A stretch of DNA of 64,000 nucleotides, from the NCBI GenBank assembly GCA_964558935.1, contig CAZLFP010000001.1:83260-147259 (forward strand), read 5' to 3'. This DNA comes from an uncultured Gammaproteobacteria bacterium (GTDB lineage Bacteria; Patescibacteriota; Patescibacteriia; 2-01-FULL-39-33). Positions 1 to 8,590 of this stretch are shown here, piece by piece. The position numbers and the translations under genes were made by a program. Below the pieces are notes generated by a model. That model saw only the letters and a list, made by a program, of their open reading frames with translations. It had not been told where the DNA came from and searched no databases. Positions within the stretch are counted from its first letter, which is position 1; every line of letters begins with the position of its first letter.

Positions 1-135
1 CTGAATATTTAAAAGAATTTTTTGTAATTCAATTATTTTTGGTTTTTGTATATTTAAAAATAGAGCACCAATAGCAGTAATTGAACCAACAACTTGTATG
101 TTTATTTTATTTTTTTTATAAAAATCTTCAATCAT
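1..135 (-). CDS. Partial ORF running off the left edge (begins MIEDFYKKNKINIQVVGSITAIGALFLNIQ); hypothetical
   Basis: Manual translation of the reverse strand from an ATG near 135; no stop before the window edge; weak RBS. Confidence 0.25.
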   Translation of the reverse strand, partial: MIEDFYKKNKINIQVVGSITAIGALFLNIQKPKIIELQKILLNIQ

Positions 136-220
136 ATTACTTAACTATACCAACCTCGCCATCATGTATTAATAAAGGCTGTTTATTAAAAATTTAACTT
201 CGAACTTAGATTTTAAAATA

Positions 221-1720
221 TTATTTATTAGTCAATTTCATAATACCATCTTTCAATACCATTGTAGCCTTACAATCATCCTCGTTATAGATCAATATTC
301 TTTCTAATATCTTTTCATCTTTAGTTTTTATGTATTCGTTAAACCATTGAATAGACAAGGCACCTGACGGGGTTTCATCTCTCCATCTAAAATCAAGGTA
401 TTGAGCTAGGGCTTTAAGAGAATAACTACCAACTGGCCAGTCTGTTTGTTTTAGTACAACATGATATAGATCAATGACATTAGGATTATCAAAAAAATCA
501 TTTACTTCATCTTCAGATATAACATCAGGATAAAGTTTCTGCATTTTTTTATAAGTTGTTTTTTCGTGTGGAGAATAATAGTAAACTGCGAAATCATCTT
601 GAGGTAGACTTCTGATATAATTCCAAAACTTTGCCCATGTTTCTTTTTCTGATTCTGTGCTTATTTCTTTTGCGGTAAAATCTAAAAATCTTTCACCACT
701 AGGGCTTCTCTCGTAAACGCCGTGCAAATAAACAAACTCTTGAGTCGGATCATCTTCAATATCAAAAAATAATTCATAACTAACATCTGGGAAAGTTATA
801 TCACCACAGACAACTGGTTTTTTAATATTTTTCAATATATTTGCTCGAGTAATCATTTTATCAATTGTCTTTTGTCCCAAGCCTTTTAAAAATTCTTTAT
901 CGCTTTCTTTTTGTTTTACCAATTCATCAACATTTAGTGTTAAAATATCTTGAATGGTATTTACTTGTAGATCTTCACTTAATAAATCTCTTTTACTTCT
1001 TCCTAAATAGAAAAGGCAGGTTGGATCATCAGCATCATGTGCCCATTTTTTACAACTACTATACCAAGGACACAATTTACATGCTCCTGCCATAGCTGGT
1101 TTATTTTGAAACTTATTTTCTAACAATAAACTTACTTTGTTAAATACATCTTTATACAATTCCCAAAAACTTATTTTCTTTATTTTTCCAATTGGGCTAT
1201 CTAAATTATATACGACCTCATGACCTCTAATATCATAAATTAATCCTTGTTTTTTAGTTTCAAATCCTAAGCGAATGAGAGCATCACAATACAAAGCAAG
1301 CTGTACAGCATAATGTTCTTTTGGTTTGCCTTCGTCGCCCTCATCTTCGTCAACACCTTCTAAACCCATTCCAGATTTTATGTCTACTGGAATATATGTA
1401 CCGTCTGGATTTAGTTTCAATAAGTCTGGAATACCAACAATATTGTCTACCATTAATACACCTTGATAAATAAGAGGGATCTTGTTTCTCATGGCTTCAA
1501 TTGTCTTTTGAAATCTTTCTTCAAGTGAACCCTTTGATAAATCAAAATATTCTCCTAATTCAGCTATTACTTTTTTCTCATACAAAACACCCTTGTCCCA
1601 TAGAAGTTGAACAAATGGATTTATATCTTTTACTTTTTCATCTTGTGGACCATAAACATCTCGCCACACACGGTGAGGACATTGCATGAAGTCATATAGT
1701 TTTGAAGCGGTTATGTGCAT
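221..1720 (-). CDS. RecB-family nuclease of the TM0106 type: N-terminal Cas4-like PD-(D/E)XK nuclease with a 4-Cys cluster, plus a DnaQ/RNase H-like fold
   Basis: 499-aa ORF. Has N-terminal Cys (MQCPHRVW), the motifs IPDLL...VDIKSG and QLALYCDAL (the QxxxY RecB motif), and a C-x2-C...C cluster (CKLCPWYSSC). The C-terminal half carries an FDIEDD motif reminiscent of DEDD exonuclease motif I. A 4-nt gap to the upstream gene implies the same operon. Confidence 0.6.
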   Translation of the reverse strand: MHITASKLYDFMQCPHRVWRDVYGPQDEKVKDINPFVQLLWDKGVLYEKKVIAELGEYFDLSKGSLEERFQKTIEAMRNKIPLIYQGVLMVDNIVGIPDLLKLNPDGTYIPVDIKSGMGLEGVDEDEGDEGKPKEHYAVQLALYCDALIRLGFETKKQGLIYDIRGHEVVYNLDSPIGKIKKISFWELYKDVFNKVSLLLENKFQNKPAMAGACKLCPWYSSCKKWAHDADDPTCLFYLGRSKRDLLSEDLQVNTIQDILTLNVDELVKQKESDKEFLKGLGQKTIDKMITRANILKNIKKPVVCGDITFPDVSYELFFDIEDDPTQEFVYLHGVYERSPSGERFLDFTAKEISTESEKETWAKFWNYIRSLPQDDFAVYYYSPHEKTTYKKMQKLYPDVISEDEVNDFFDNPNVIDLYHVVLKQTDWPVGSYSLKALAQYLDFRWRDETPSGALSIQWFNEYIKTKDEKILERILIYNEDDCKATMVLKDGIMKLTNK

Positions 1721-1724
1721 ATTT

Positions 1725-3140
1725 CTATTTTAAAGGATGTGTTGGATTTTCAAAATTAACATAAAATGATCCACTCCTTGCTAAACAAGTTTGATTAGTT
1801 GAGTCAACAATAAAACATTCCACCCAATGCTTACCTGTATATAAACTTTGTTCCCATTTTTCTCTTCCTCCCGCAATAATTTCACCGCGTAAAGCTTTTT
1901 CACCTAAGCTTTTAGCATGTTCTCCTGTGTTCACAACCTGCCAATAAATATTATAATTCCTATGTGGAATACATGGTATTGCTTTAAACAATAAATGATG
2001 AGCTATTGGTAAAATTTCATCGGAATTAAAAAGTTCCCGAACCATTGTCGGACTAGTTCTGCTTCCTACGTATAAACCAGCAATAATTTTTACTGAATAA
2101 GGATAACGGCCAGTATCTATTAAACCGAGATCAGATAATTGCATTTTATGGCCATGATCACCAAGAACAAAAAGAGAAATACTGTTATTAATTGATGTCA
2201 GACTTTTTTCAATTTCATATGTAAAACCATCACCGAAAACTTCTTGTAATTTTTTTATGCTATTTATAAGTTCTTCTTTATCTAATGCCTCATTTATTTT
2301 TTCTGTATATATTTTAATTTTATCTTTAAAATTAAAATATTGCCCTGGATACTTATCCCAATGCCTATTAAAATTTTCTGAGCTTAGAACAGGATTAATA
2401 ATTATCGGGGTAGAAGTATTTGACTGTAAAAAATTATTTAGTCTATTTATTAAAGTTTTTAATGCTGTTGGGATATCACTATACAAAGAAACATCATCGT
2501 CATTATAGACTTGCATCCCCAATAATGTGGTTATCAAAACTGATTTAACAGAAAAATTTTGTTTTATATCCCGCAAGTATTTAATTAACTTGATTACAGT
2601 AACCAACTTTCCTTCTGTAATTATATTTTTTTCCTCAAACCATTCCGCATAGCCATCAGCATCAGTCTGTTCTAAAACATTATCATTTTTGTTCATTATA
2701 AAATAAGATTCCCCCTGCTTAATACATGGAACAATATCCATATGAAAATCACCAGCATAATTGAGTGTAACACAACGAGTTTTCCCATTACTATCGACAA
2801 TATTTTCGTATCTTTCTGATTCTTTGAAAAGTGCCTTTAGATTACTAATATAATCTTTAGGTTCCAAATCTACAATTTCTTTTAATAAAAACAGAGCATC
2901 TACATCAAACTCATTATTTTCAGTAACGGGCTTTATAATAGTATCCTGTCTGTATGATCCTTGTGGTGTTAAGTCTATTATAAGATCCCTATATTTATCG
3001 CTATTTTCTAAAAATGTTTTAATCGTATCTAATTTGGATTTAGCGGTTTTAATACGATCTGGATTTAACTCCACCTTGTTGGAAACAAAATCCGCAAATA
3101 CATCATTCAAATTCATATGTTTATTTTTTATTATTGACAT
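1725..3140 (-). CDS. cGAS/DncV-like nucleotidyltransferase (CD-NTase / SMODS family) with an uncharacterised ~200-aa C-terminal extension
   Basis: 471-aa ORF. The N-terminus carries a pol-beta-type nucleotidyltransferase signature: GS (QGSYRQD), then DVD 16 residues later, then a third acidic residue in an hhDhhP context (HMDIVPC). It overlaps the upstream SAVED gene by 20 nt. Confidence 0.6.
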   Translation of the reverse strand: MSIIKNKHMNLNDVFADFVSNKVELNPDRIKTAKSKLDTIKTFLENSDKYRDLIIDLTPQGSYRQDTIIKPVTENNEFDVDALFLLKEIVDLEPKDYISNLKALFKESERYENIVDSNGKTRCVTLNYAGDFHMDIVPCIKQGESYFIMNKNDNVLEQTDADGYAEWFEEKNIITEGKLVTVIKLIKYLRDIKQNFSVKSVLITTLLGMQVYNDDDVSLYSDIPTALKTLINRLNNFLQSNTSTPIIINPVLSSENFNRHWDKYPGQYFNFKDKIKIYTEKINEALDKEELINSIKKLQEVFGDGFTYEIEKSLTSINNSISLFVLGDHGHKMQLSDLGLIDTGRYPYSVKIIAGLYVGSRTSPTMVRELFNSDEILPIAHHLLFKAIPCIPHRNYNIYWQVVNTGEHAKSLGEKALRGEIIAGGREKWEQSLYTGKHWVECFIVDSTNQTCLARSGSFYVNFENPTHPLK

Positions 3141-3546
3141 TAATAGTATGAAGATAGCCTTTTTCTCTGTTTAGGTTAAAGATTTCTAATGTAAATCCAA
3201 AATTTCTATTCAAAGATCTACCACAAATAACTGCGACAGGAGCAGGTATGGCTGGGAAAATTTTTATAGAACTACTACCAGGATGTTCTGTTTCTAATTT
3301 TCCCATTAGATTATTAAATTTTTCTTCAAAATTTTGTAAGTCTTTTTCAGATTTTAAAAAGTTTACATTGGGATTACCAATAGTTATTTCATAAATATAA
3401 TGATTTTTGATAATCCTAGGGTCTATATTTTTTATATTAACCTTACCTGACAAGGATAAAAAAAGAGCGATTTTACTTTTATCTTTACCTTTTTTTAACA
3501 ATTGAGTGACATAATTTTGTGAGGCTTTTTTTGTTCCCATAGCCAA
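3121..3546 (-). CDS. cap5: C-terminal half of a Cap5-like effector (second SAVED repeat); in a different frame from the upstream half
   Basis: 141-aa ORF containing IKIFPAIPAPVAVICGRSL. This is the second copy of the hhhF-x-IPhP-hhhh-G-x-L Rossmann-like motif. The first copy lies in the preceding ORF, and the two ORFs overlap by 52 nt. Confidence 0.55.
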   Translation of the reverse strand: MAMGTKKASQNYVTQLLKKGKDKSKIALFLSLSGKVNIKNIDPRIIKNHYIYEITIGNPNVNFLKSEKDLQNFEEKFNNLMGKLETEHPGSSSIKIFPAIPAPVAVICGRSLNRNFGFTLEIFNLNREKGYLHTINVNNKK

Positions 3547-4280
3547 CTATCACCCTTGCGATGTCTTTGAAAAAATTTTGTAGATATTTTGTCTTCTAAT
3601 TTAGAACCAAAATACATTAACAAAGGAATGGGTCCTATAGCAAAAATAGAAACATGTCCGGCGTTTTGTCTTCTAAAATCACGATAGAAATCATCTACCT
3701 TACAATCAATCTCTTTTCTGCTAAAATCCCAATAAGTTTTAGAATAGGATATGCAAGTATTGGTAAAATCAATAAAAAACATATCGGAACCATCATAAGA
3801 ATATAATTTATCATTAAGAAGTGCGGATAAGACTGAGGAATTATCTAAAATAACTTTGTCCGACCCAATATTACCCGCAAATTTTAATACCTTTGTTTTT
3901 TTTGTAACATTTCCAGCAAAAAAAATCCTTCTTTCATTATCAATTTTCCATTGTTTCAACAATCCTATAGTGTAATCTCCTTCTAAAATTTGTTTGTCGA
4001 CTGTAGTGTGACATGTTGGACATAAGAGCATTAAATTATCTAAAGTATTTAAATACAACTTATTGAGATCTGTCCTAGCCCCTCCAGGGCTGAAAGCTCT
4101 AATATGTGCCTTTTCTGCTAAGTTAATATCTTTTTGAGTCAAAGCATCTTTAATAACTAAACGATTACAAATCTGACATCTTCCAGCACTTTTTGCAAAT
4201 AAAATAGTCTGTGTACTGGAATTAATATTTCTAAATTTCTTTCCAGCTTTTGGTATTGGTATAAATTCTTTTGAGTGCAT
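3495..4280 (-). CDS. cap5: N-terminal part of a Cap5-like effector: HNH endonuclease domain plus the first SAVED repeat; frame breaks at an A7 homopolymer
   Basis: 261-aa ORF. HNH motifs are present: CQIC...AHIRAFSPGG...N...LLCPTCH. VSIFAIGPIPLLMYFGSKL follows as the first SAVED half. The ORF ends 6 codons after the run caaaaaaag (about 3524-3530, reverse strand AAAAAAA). A +/-1 change in that run fuses it in frame to ORF 3121..3546. Confidence 0.6.
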   Translation of the reverse strand: MHSKEFIPIPKAGKKFRNINSSTQTILFAKSAGRCQICNRLVIKDALTQKDINLAEKAHIRAFSPGGARTDLNKLYLNTLDNLMLLCPTCHTTVDKQILEGDYTIGLLKQWKIDNERRIFFAGNVTKKTKVLKFAGNIGSDKVILDNSSVLSALLNDKLYSYDGSDMFFIDFTNTCISYSKTYWDFSRKEIDCKVDDFYRDFRRQNAGHVSIFAIGPIPLLMYFGSKLEDKISTKFFQRHRKGDSWLWEQKKPHKIMSLNC

Positions 4281-4283
4281 AAA

Positions 4284-4865
4284 TTACATTTTTACAACAT
4301 CAACAACCTTTCCTTGGATGATTATATTATCAAAAATATAAAGAGGTTTGTGAATTGGATTTGATGAATTAGGATTTAATGTTACTAGACCACTTTTTCG
4401 ATTAAAAATTTTAACTGTAGCGTCATCACCGATTAAAGCGACAACTTTATCACCATCGTCTGCTGTTTCTTGTTTATGTACCAAAACTAAATCACCATCT
4501 TCTATTCCAGATTTATCCATACTATCACCCATAGCTCTGAGAAAAAAATAATCACTCGGATTATCTGGTACTTTGTATGGAACAAATGCCTCAATGTTTT
4601 GTTCAGCTAGTAATGGAGTGCCACAAGAAATGCTCCCAACAACAGGGATGTTAAAAAGTTGGTTTAAGGTTTTTTTTATTTTTAAATTTCTAGAATCTTC
4701 TAAAAATTCATTTTTCTTTAATTCTTCGGTGTGTCTTTGAACTGAACTGGTATTTTTATAACCTAAAAATTCCTTTACCTCTCGTAGGGTTGGAGAGTTA
4801 CCCATCTTTGTTGTTAACTCTTGAATTGCAGATAAAACCTCTTTTTGTTTTTTAGTTATTTTCAT
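4284..4865 (-). CDS. lexA: LexA-type repressor (winged-helix DNA-binding domain plus S24 self-cleaving peptidase)
   Basis: 193 aa. The C-terminal domain has GDSM (catalytic Ser) and VVALIGDDATVKIF (catalytic Lys). A linker Cys-Gly sits where Ala-Gly is usually found. The gene lies 3 nt upstream of cap5 on the same strand. Confidence 0.8.
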   Translation of the reverse strand: MKITKKQKEVLSAIQELTTKMGNSPTLREVKEFLGYKNTSSVQRHTEELKKNEFLEDSRNLKIKKTLNQLFNIPVVGSISCGTPLLAEQNIEAFVPYKVPDNPSDYFFLRAMGDSMDKSGIEDGDLVLVHKQETADDGDKVVALIGDDATVKIFNRKSGLVTLNPNSSNPIHKPLYIFDNIIIQGKVVDVVKM

Positions 4866-4887
4866 AAAATATTATTTACAATATAGC

Positions 4888-4954
4888 AGTATTTTACCGC
4901 ACAACGCGTAATTGTGTCAAGTACAATCAAAAATACCGCTATTTTGCGGTACTT
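4888..4954 (-). promoter_or_regulatory. lexA promoter (TTGACA-N18-TAAAAT on the reverse strand) with two palindromic operator-like sites
   Basis: The perfect palindrome TACCGC-TATTTT-GCGGTA (about 4934-4951) lies just upstream of -35. A degenerate copy TACCGC-ACAAC-GCGTAA (about 4896-4912) lies in the -35/-10 spacer. Confidence 0.45.
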
Positions 4955-4959
4955 TTTGA

Positions 4960-6012
4960 TTATTTTATATCTTGTATAACTTGTAATATTTTATCTACTT
5001 TAGGACCCCAGTCCTCTATAAGCACAGCTGGTCGTGTCCGCAAGTAGTCATCACCGAACTCAAACCCTAATTCAGCTAGTTTATACTTAAAATTGATAGC
5101 GGATTGTTCATTATCTCTCGCTACCCATTCGAAATTGAGAGCCAATCGTTTATCTGTACTCAGTGTTACAAGTGACTTGGAGCTTATGGATTCAAATATT
5201 GGGCTGAAAGATCCATAGGATCCTGTACCGAAGTTTATTTGATCAGCATTGTCTTTGCAAAAGTTATAAAACTGTTCAAAGTATTTGTAATAATCACCAA
5301 GTTTATCTTTTGCATCTTGCAACACAGATTGCTCATTCCATCTTTGCCTGATTGATGATGAAGAAGTACCAACATCCTTTTTAACTTCAGCTCCAAATAA
5401 CTTAGGAATTAGAATCTCATTATTTTCATATTTGTAATATTCCAGTTCAACTGCATAAACAGTGAAGCGACTATTTTCATTTATAAAGATCATCAAATCT
5501 TTTAACTGAGAATGGAGTTTATCCATAAGAACAACAAATTTGAAATTTCCTTTATTCAAATTGTTTTGCATGTTGGACAAGAGTGTTTCCACTTCAATAT
5601 CTTCAATACCGAAAAATTCAATTAGCTTTTGATTCAGATCAAGATTAAATTGTTTTTGTGTACCTTGGTTTAGTCTGGAAGTAAAATCACTAAAATCAAT
5701 ACTGCTTTTCCAGAGCGAAGCTCCGTAGTCTAATACTTGAGCGACAACGGTTCGTTTGTCTGGATTTTTATATAGTTTAGTTTCAACTAGATAGATGTCG
5801 CCATCTTTATCTATTCCAACAGCATCAATCGGACCACTGTTGGTTGGAAATTCTCGAGCGAGAATTAGAAGTCTGATATCTTCTTTAATTTCATAAAGAG
5901 GGATACTTTCAGGATTATCATAAATATATTGTTGGAGAAAGTTTTCCGAATCAAAATGAGAAGGATCAAGACGTTGGGCGTTTTTACCGCCTTTTGAAAT
6001 TATAATTGACAT
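4960..6012 (-). CDS. Hypothetical protein with an N-terminal PD-(D/E)XK-like nuclease motif
   Basis: 350-aa ORF with a D-x(n)-E-x-K arrangement (PIDAVGIDKDGDIYLVETKLYK). Same strand as the lexA operon and directly upstream of it. No obvious SD. Confidence 0.45.
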   Translation of the reverse strand: MSIIISKGGKNAQRLDPSHFDSENFLQQYIYDNPESIPLYEIKEDIRLLILAREFPTNSGPIDAVGIDKDGDIYLVETKLYKNPDKRTVVAQVLDYGASLWKSSIDFSDFTSRLNQGTQKQFNLDLNQKLIEFFGIEDIEVETLLSNMQNNLNKGNFKFVVLMDKLHSQLKDLMIFINENSRFTVYAVELEYYKYENNEILIPKLFGAEVKKDVGTSSSSIRQRWNEQSVLQDAKDKLGDYYKYFEQFYNFCKDNADQINFGTGSYGSFSPIFESISSKSLVTLSTDKRLALNFEWVARDNEQSAINFKYKLAELGFEFGDDYLRTRPAVLIEDWGPKVDKILQVIQDIK

Positions 6013-6016
6013 AAAT

Positions 6017-6200
6017 TGTGTAGGTTAGGATTTTGTCGAATTCGAGAAACACAAAAGGCCTCCCGAACCAGCTGACGCCCCCTTACGGTGACATCACTAC
6101 ACCCTTTCGGGTATAGACCTAACCTACAAGTACTGGTCGGAAGACCATCTCTATGTAGGTTAGGTTTTATGACCATGCCACCGCCGAAGCGATGGTTTAG
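6017..6200. other. GC-rich structured intergenic element with the 10-mer GTAGGTTAGG repeated three times (two direct, one inverted); candidate ncRNA or recombinase/regulator site
   Basis: The motif sits at about 6020-6029 and 6155-6164 on the plus strand, and as CCTAACCTAC at 6118-6127. Copies 2 and 3 form an 11-bp perfect stem. It encloses a GGAA-capped 5-bp hairpin (tggtc-ggaa-gacca). Local GC is about 55% against a 35% background. Confidence 0.35.
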
Positions 6201-6349
6201 GCCATTAAATTGTTAAGTATATTATATACCAAATTTGGCTATGAATCAATAGTAGCTTAAATACAGAAGTTTGCGAAGTCTAGTTACCAACAGCTGGAAT
6301 TTTGGGTTTTTTTAGAGTTATAAGAGATATTTAGAGTTGTTAAGACTCC

Positions 6350-6380
6350 TTTGAGCAATTCTTGATATGAGGTAAAATAT
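6350..6380 (+). promoter_or_regulatory. Candidate sigma70-like promoter for the 6387 gene (TTGAGC-N16/17-TAAAAT)
   Basis: Sequence match located just upstream of the ATG. Confidence 0.3.
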
Positions 6381-6386
6381 AGTTAT

Positions 6387-7220
6387 ATGGCTACTAATAG
6401 TGAAAAATTAATTTTGATGGAATATCCTCGCAACCATTCCTTTTGGGGTAATGTTAAAGAAGCAAGGAATAATTTGGGTATGAACGAAAATGGATATTCA
6501 AGTTTAAAAGATTTTCAAAAATGTAATGAATTTTTTTCTGCAGAAACTCTTAAAAAAATAAGTCTATTTGGAACAGTTATTGAGGGAAATAATAATATTA
6601 CGTTAATTTCAGCAAAACGAACGCGAAATACTTACAAAGAAATTTTGAACGAAGCAAAAAAGATAGCCTTGCGAGAAAAACTTGGAACGGATGATGTTAG
6701 TTTGAGATTAATATCTGAATGTATTTTATTTGATAAATGTTTATTAAAAAATAAAAATACACCAAAAATGGTATTGCATTTTAATAATGATAAAAATGGT
6801 AATACTCTTATTTTGGAAATTTTTAGAGACACTAGATTACATGACTTTAAAAATAACTGGAAAGAAATGAAAGAAACAATAGATTATTTTCAAAAGTTTT
6901 TACCTGAAGGAAAATTTGATACAGAGCTACAAAAAAATAGTCTTTATGTATACATATTTAAAAACACCCAAAAACAAAACATTATTAACGCTTGGAGCAA
7001 AGAAGTATTACCCAAATTGCAACAGTTAGAAGGTTTTATGATTAGGAATAGATCAATAAAAATAAACAGATACAAAGAGATAATTGAAGAAGAAAAAAAC
7101 TATGTAAAAGATAGAAACAAAGATAAAACACAGACTTACCGGGTGGAGAATGATGATTCACATTTGCTGAAAAAATCTACTAAAGATAAAAGAAGGAAGA
7201 TTAAAAAATATCTAGATTAA
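6387..7220 (+). CDS. Hypothetical protein (first gene of the phage-derived cassette)
   Basis: 277-aa ORF, Lys-rich C-terminus, no recognisable motifs. Confidence 0.5.
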   Translation: MATNSEKLILMEYPRNHSFWGNVKEARNNLGMNENGYSSLKDFQKCNEFFSAETLKKISLFGTVIEGNNNITLISAKRTRNTYKEILNEAKKIALREKLGTDDVSLRLISECILFDKCLLKNKNTPKMVLHFNNDKNGNTLILEIFRDTRLHDFKNNWKEMKETIDYFQKFLPEGKFDTELQKNSLYVYIFKNTQKQNIINAWSKEVLPKLQQLEGFMIRNRSIKINRYKEIIEEEKNYVKDRNKDKTQTYRVENDDSHLLKKSTKDKRRKIKKYLD

Positions 7221-7322
7221 GTAAAACGCCCAGTATACGCCCCCTTAATTCTGGAACAGATATTGAGGTCAATATAAAATGAATTATGTAGAACACTTAA
7301 TTCATTTTTTAATTTAATCAAT

Positions 7323-8138
7323 ATGCAACAGCAAATTGAAATCGTGCAAGTACCAATCTCGCTTCTTCACGAAAGTGAGTACAATCCTCGTCGGATGACT
7401 GAGGATCAAGAAAGACACCTAACAGAAAGTATAAAGCGGTTTGGATTATCCAGCCCTTTAATCGTGAATAAATTCAAAGGTCGAGAAAACATTCTTATAT
7501 CAGGTCACCAAAGATACAAAATTGCTAAAAAGATTGGGATGAACGAAGTCCCTGTTGTATATCTTGAATTAGATCCGAAATCGGAACAAGAACTAAATTT
7601 GAGGTTTAATGCAAATATTTGCGAATGGAATACTGATTTACTAAAAGAGCTGGATCTAAAATTAATTCTTGACGTTGGTTTTGATGATCAAACTCTTTCG
7701 GATATGTGGGATTCAGCGTTAGAGATTGAAAATGATGACTTTGATATTGAAAAAGAAATTGAAATTGCCAAAACAACCGACATAAAAACTGGAGATATGT
7801 TTATTCTTGGCAATTCTAGATTAATTTGCGGGGATAGCACAGATCCCGAGGTGGTCAAAAAACTGGTTGGTAACGAAAAAATGGATTTAATAATTTCTGA
7901 TCCCTTATTCAACATAAATCTAAGTTATGACAAGGGGGTTGGTGGAAAAGCCAATTATGGTGGTTCAGCAAACGATAATAAAAGTGATGATGAATATAAA
8001 CAGTTTATTAAAAAACTGTTGCAAACGCACTGTTGGTATCTAAACCAGACCTTCATTGCTTCTACTTTTGCGACCAACGTTACATATGGATTTTACAAAC
8101 TATTTATCAAGAACTGGGCATCAAAAATGAACGAGTAA
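7323..8138 (+). CDS. ParB-like nuclease domain fused to a DNA methyltransferase (N-terminal part with motif IV SDPLFN); frameshifted relative to the next ORF
   Basis: The N-terminus shows a ParB/Srx fold signature (VPISLLHESEYNPR...GHQRY). The ICGDSTDPEVVKKL and DLIISDPLFN motifs follow. The downstream ORF overlaps by 105 nt and carries the SAM-binding motif. Confidence 0.6.
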   Translation: MQQQIEIVQVPISLLHESEYNPRRMTEDQERHLTESIKRFGLSSPLIVNKFKGRENILISGHQRYKIAKKIGMNEVPVVYLELDPKSEQELNLRFNANICEWNTDLLKELDLKLILDVGFDDQTLSDMWDSALEIENDDFDIEKEIEIAKTTDIKTGDMFILGNSRLICGDSTDPEVVKKLVGNEKMDLIISDPLFNINLSYDKGVGGKANYGGSANDNKSDDEYKQFIKKLLQTHCWYLNQTFIASTFATNVTYGFYKLFIKNWASKMNE

Positions 8139-8590
8139 ATATATGGGTTAAAAATGGGTTCAGTAGCACGCCCAGGAACGCATTTAATAAATGTTACGAA
8201 CCTGTTGTTTACGGTCGAATTGGTAAACCATATCTAAATGAAAATAATCGAAACTTGAATGAAATTCTTAACAAGGAGGTCGGTAATGGTAATCGTGCCT
8301 CAGATGACATTTTGGACATGATTGATTTGTGGCTAGTAAAGCGTTTGCCAGGAAATGAATATTTACACGCAACACAGAAACCAATTGACCTCTATGAAAA
8401 ACCACTTCGACGTTGTTCACGCCCAGGACAAAACGTCTTAGATTTATTCGCTGGATCAGGGACAGCACTTCTGGCATGCGAGCAAATGAGAAGAAAAGCA
8501 TTTGTAGTGGAGATTGACCCAATTTTTATTCAATTAATTATAAACAGATATGAGCAATACTCAAATCAAAAAGCTATCAAGCTTAATTAA
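8033..8590 (+). CDS. C-terminal part of the same ParB-methyltransferase (motif I FAGSGT)
   Basis: Carries NIWVKNG...HATQKPIDLYEKPLRRCS...VLDLFAGSGTALLACEQMRRKAFVVEID, matching beta-class N4/N6 MTase order (IV then I). Confidence 0.6.
   Translation: MVSKPDLHCFYFCDQRYIWILQTIYQELGIKNERVNIWVKNGFSSTPRNAFNKCYEPVVYGRIGKPYLNENNRNLNEILNKEVGNGNRASDDILDMIDLWLVKRLPGNEYLHATQKPIDLYEKPLRRCSRPGQNVLDLFAGSGTALLACEQMRRKAFVVEIDPIFIQLIINRYEQYSNQKAIKLN

Noticed and set aside
865-1095. Antisense ORFs from the track inside real genes (865..1095, 1501..1689, 2257..2508, 6632..6832, 7688..7915, 8268..8522, 10048..10410, 10615..10809, 11982..12272, 12370..12564, 12993..13391, 14142..14640, 17375..17665, 20409..20594, 20892..21122, 25074..25331, 26091..26396, 27827..28198, 30112..30727, 30894..31091, 34796..35008, 37809..39062, 39847..40083, 44030..44441, 44582..44797, 45617..45886, 46836..47021, 47700..48002, 49986..50180, 51422..52173, 53426..54928, 57069..57783, 58062..58355, 59041..60081, 60961..61308, 63147..63335)
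   Set aside because: All lie opposite or inside much longer ORFs with clear family signatures. They have low-complexity or biased composition, no RBS, and no independent support.
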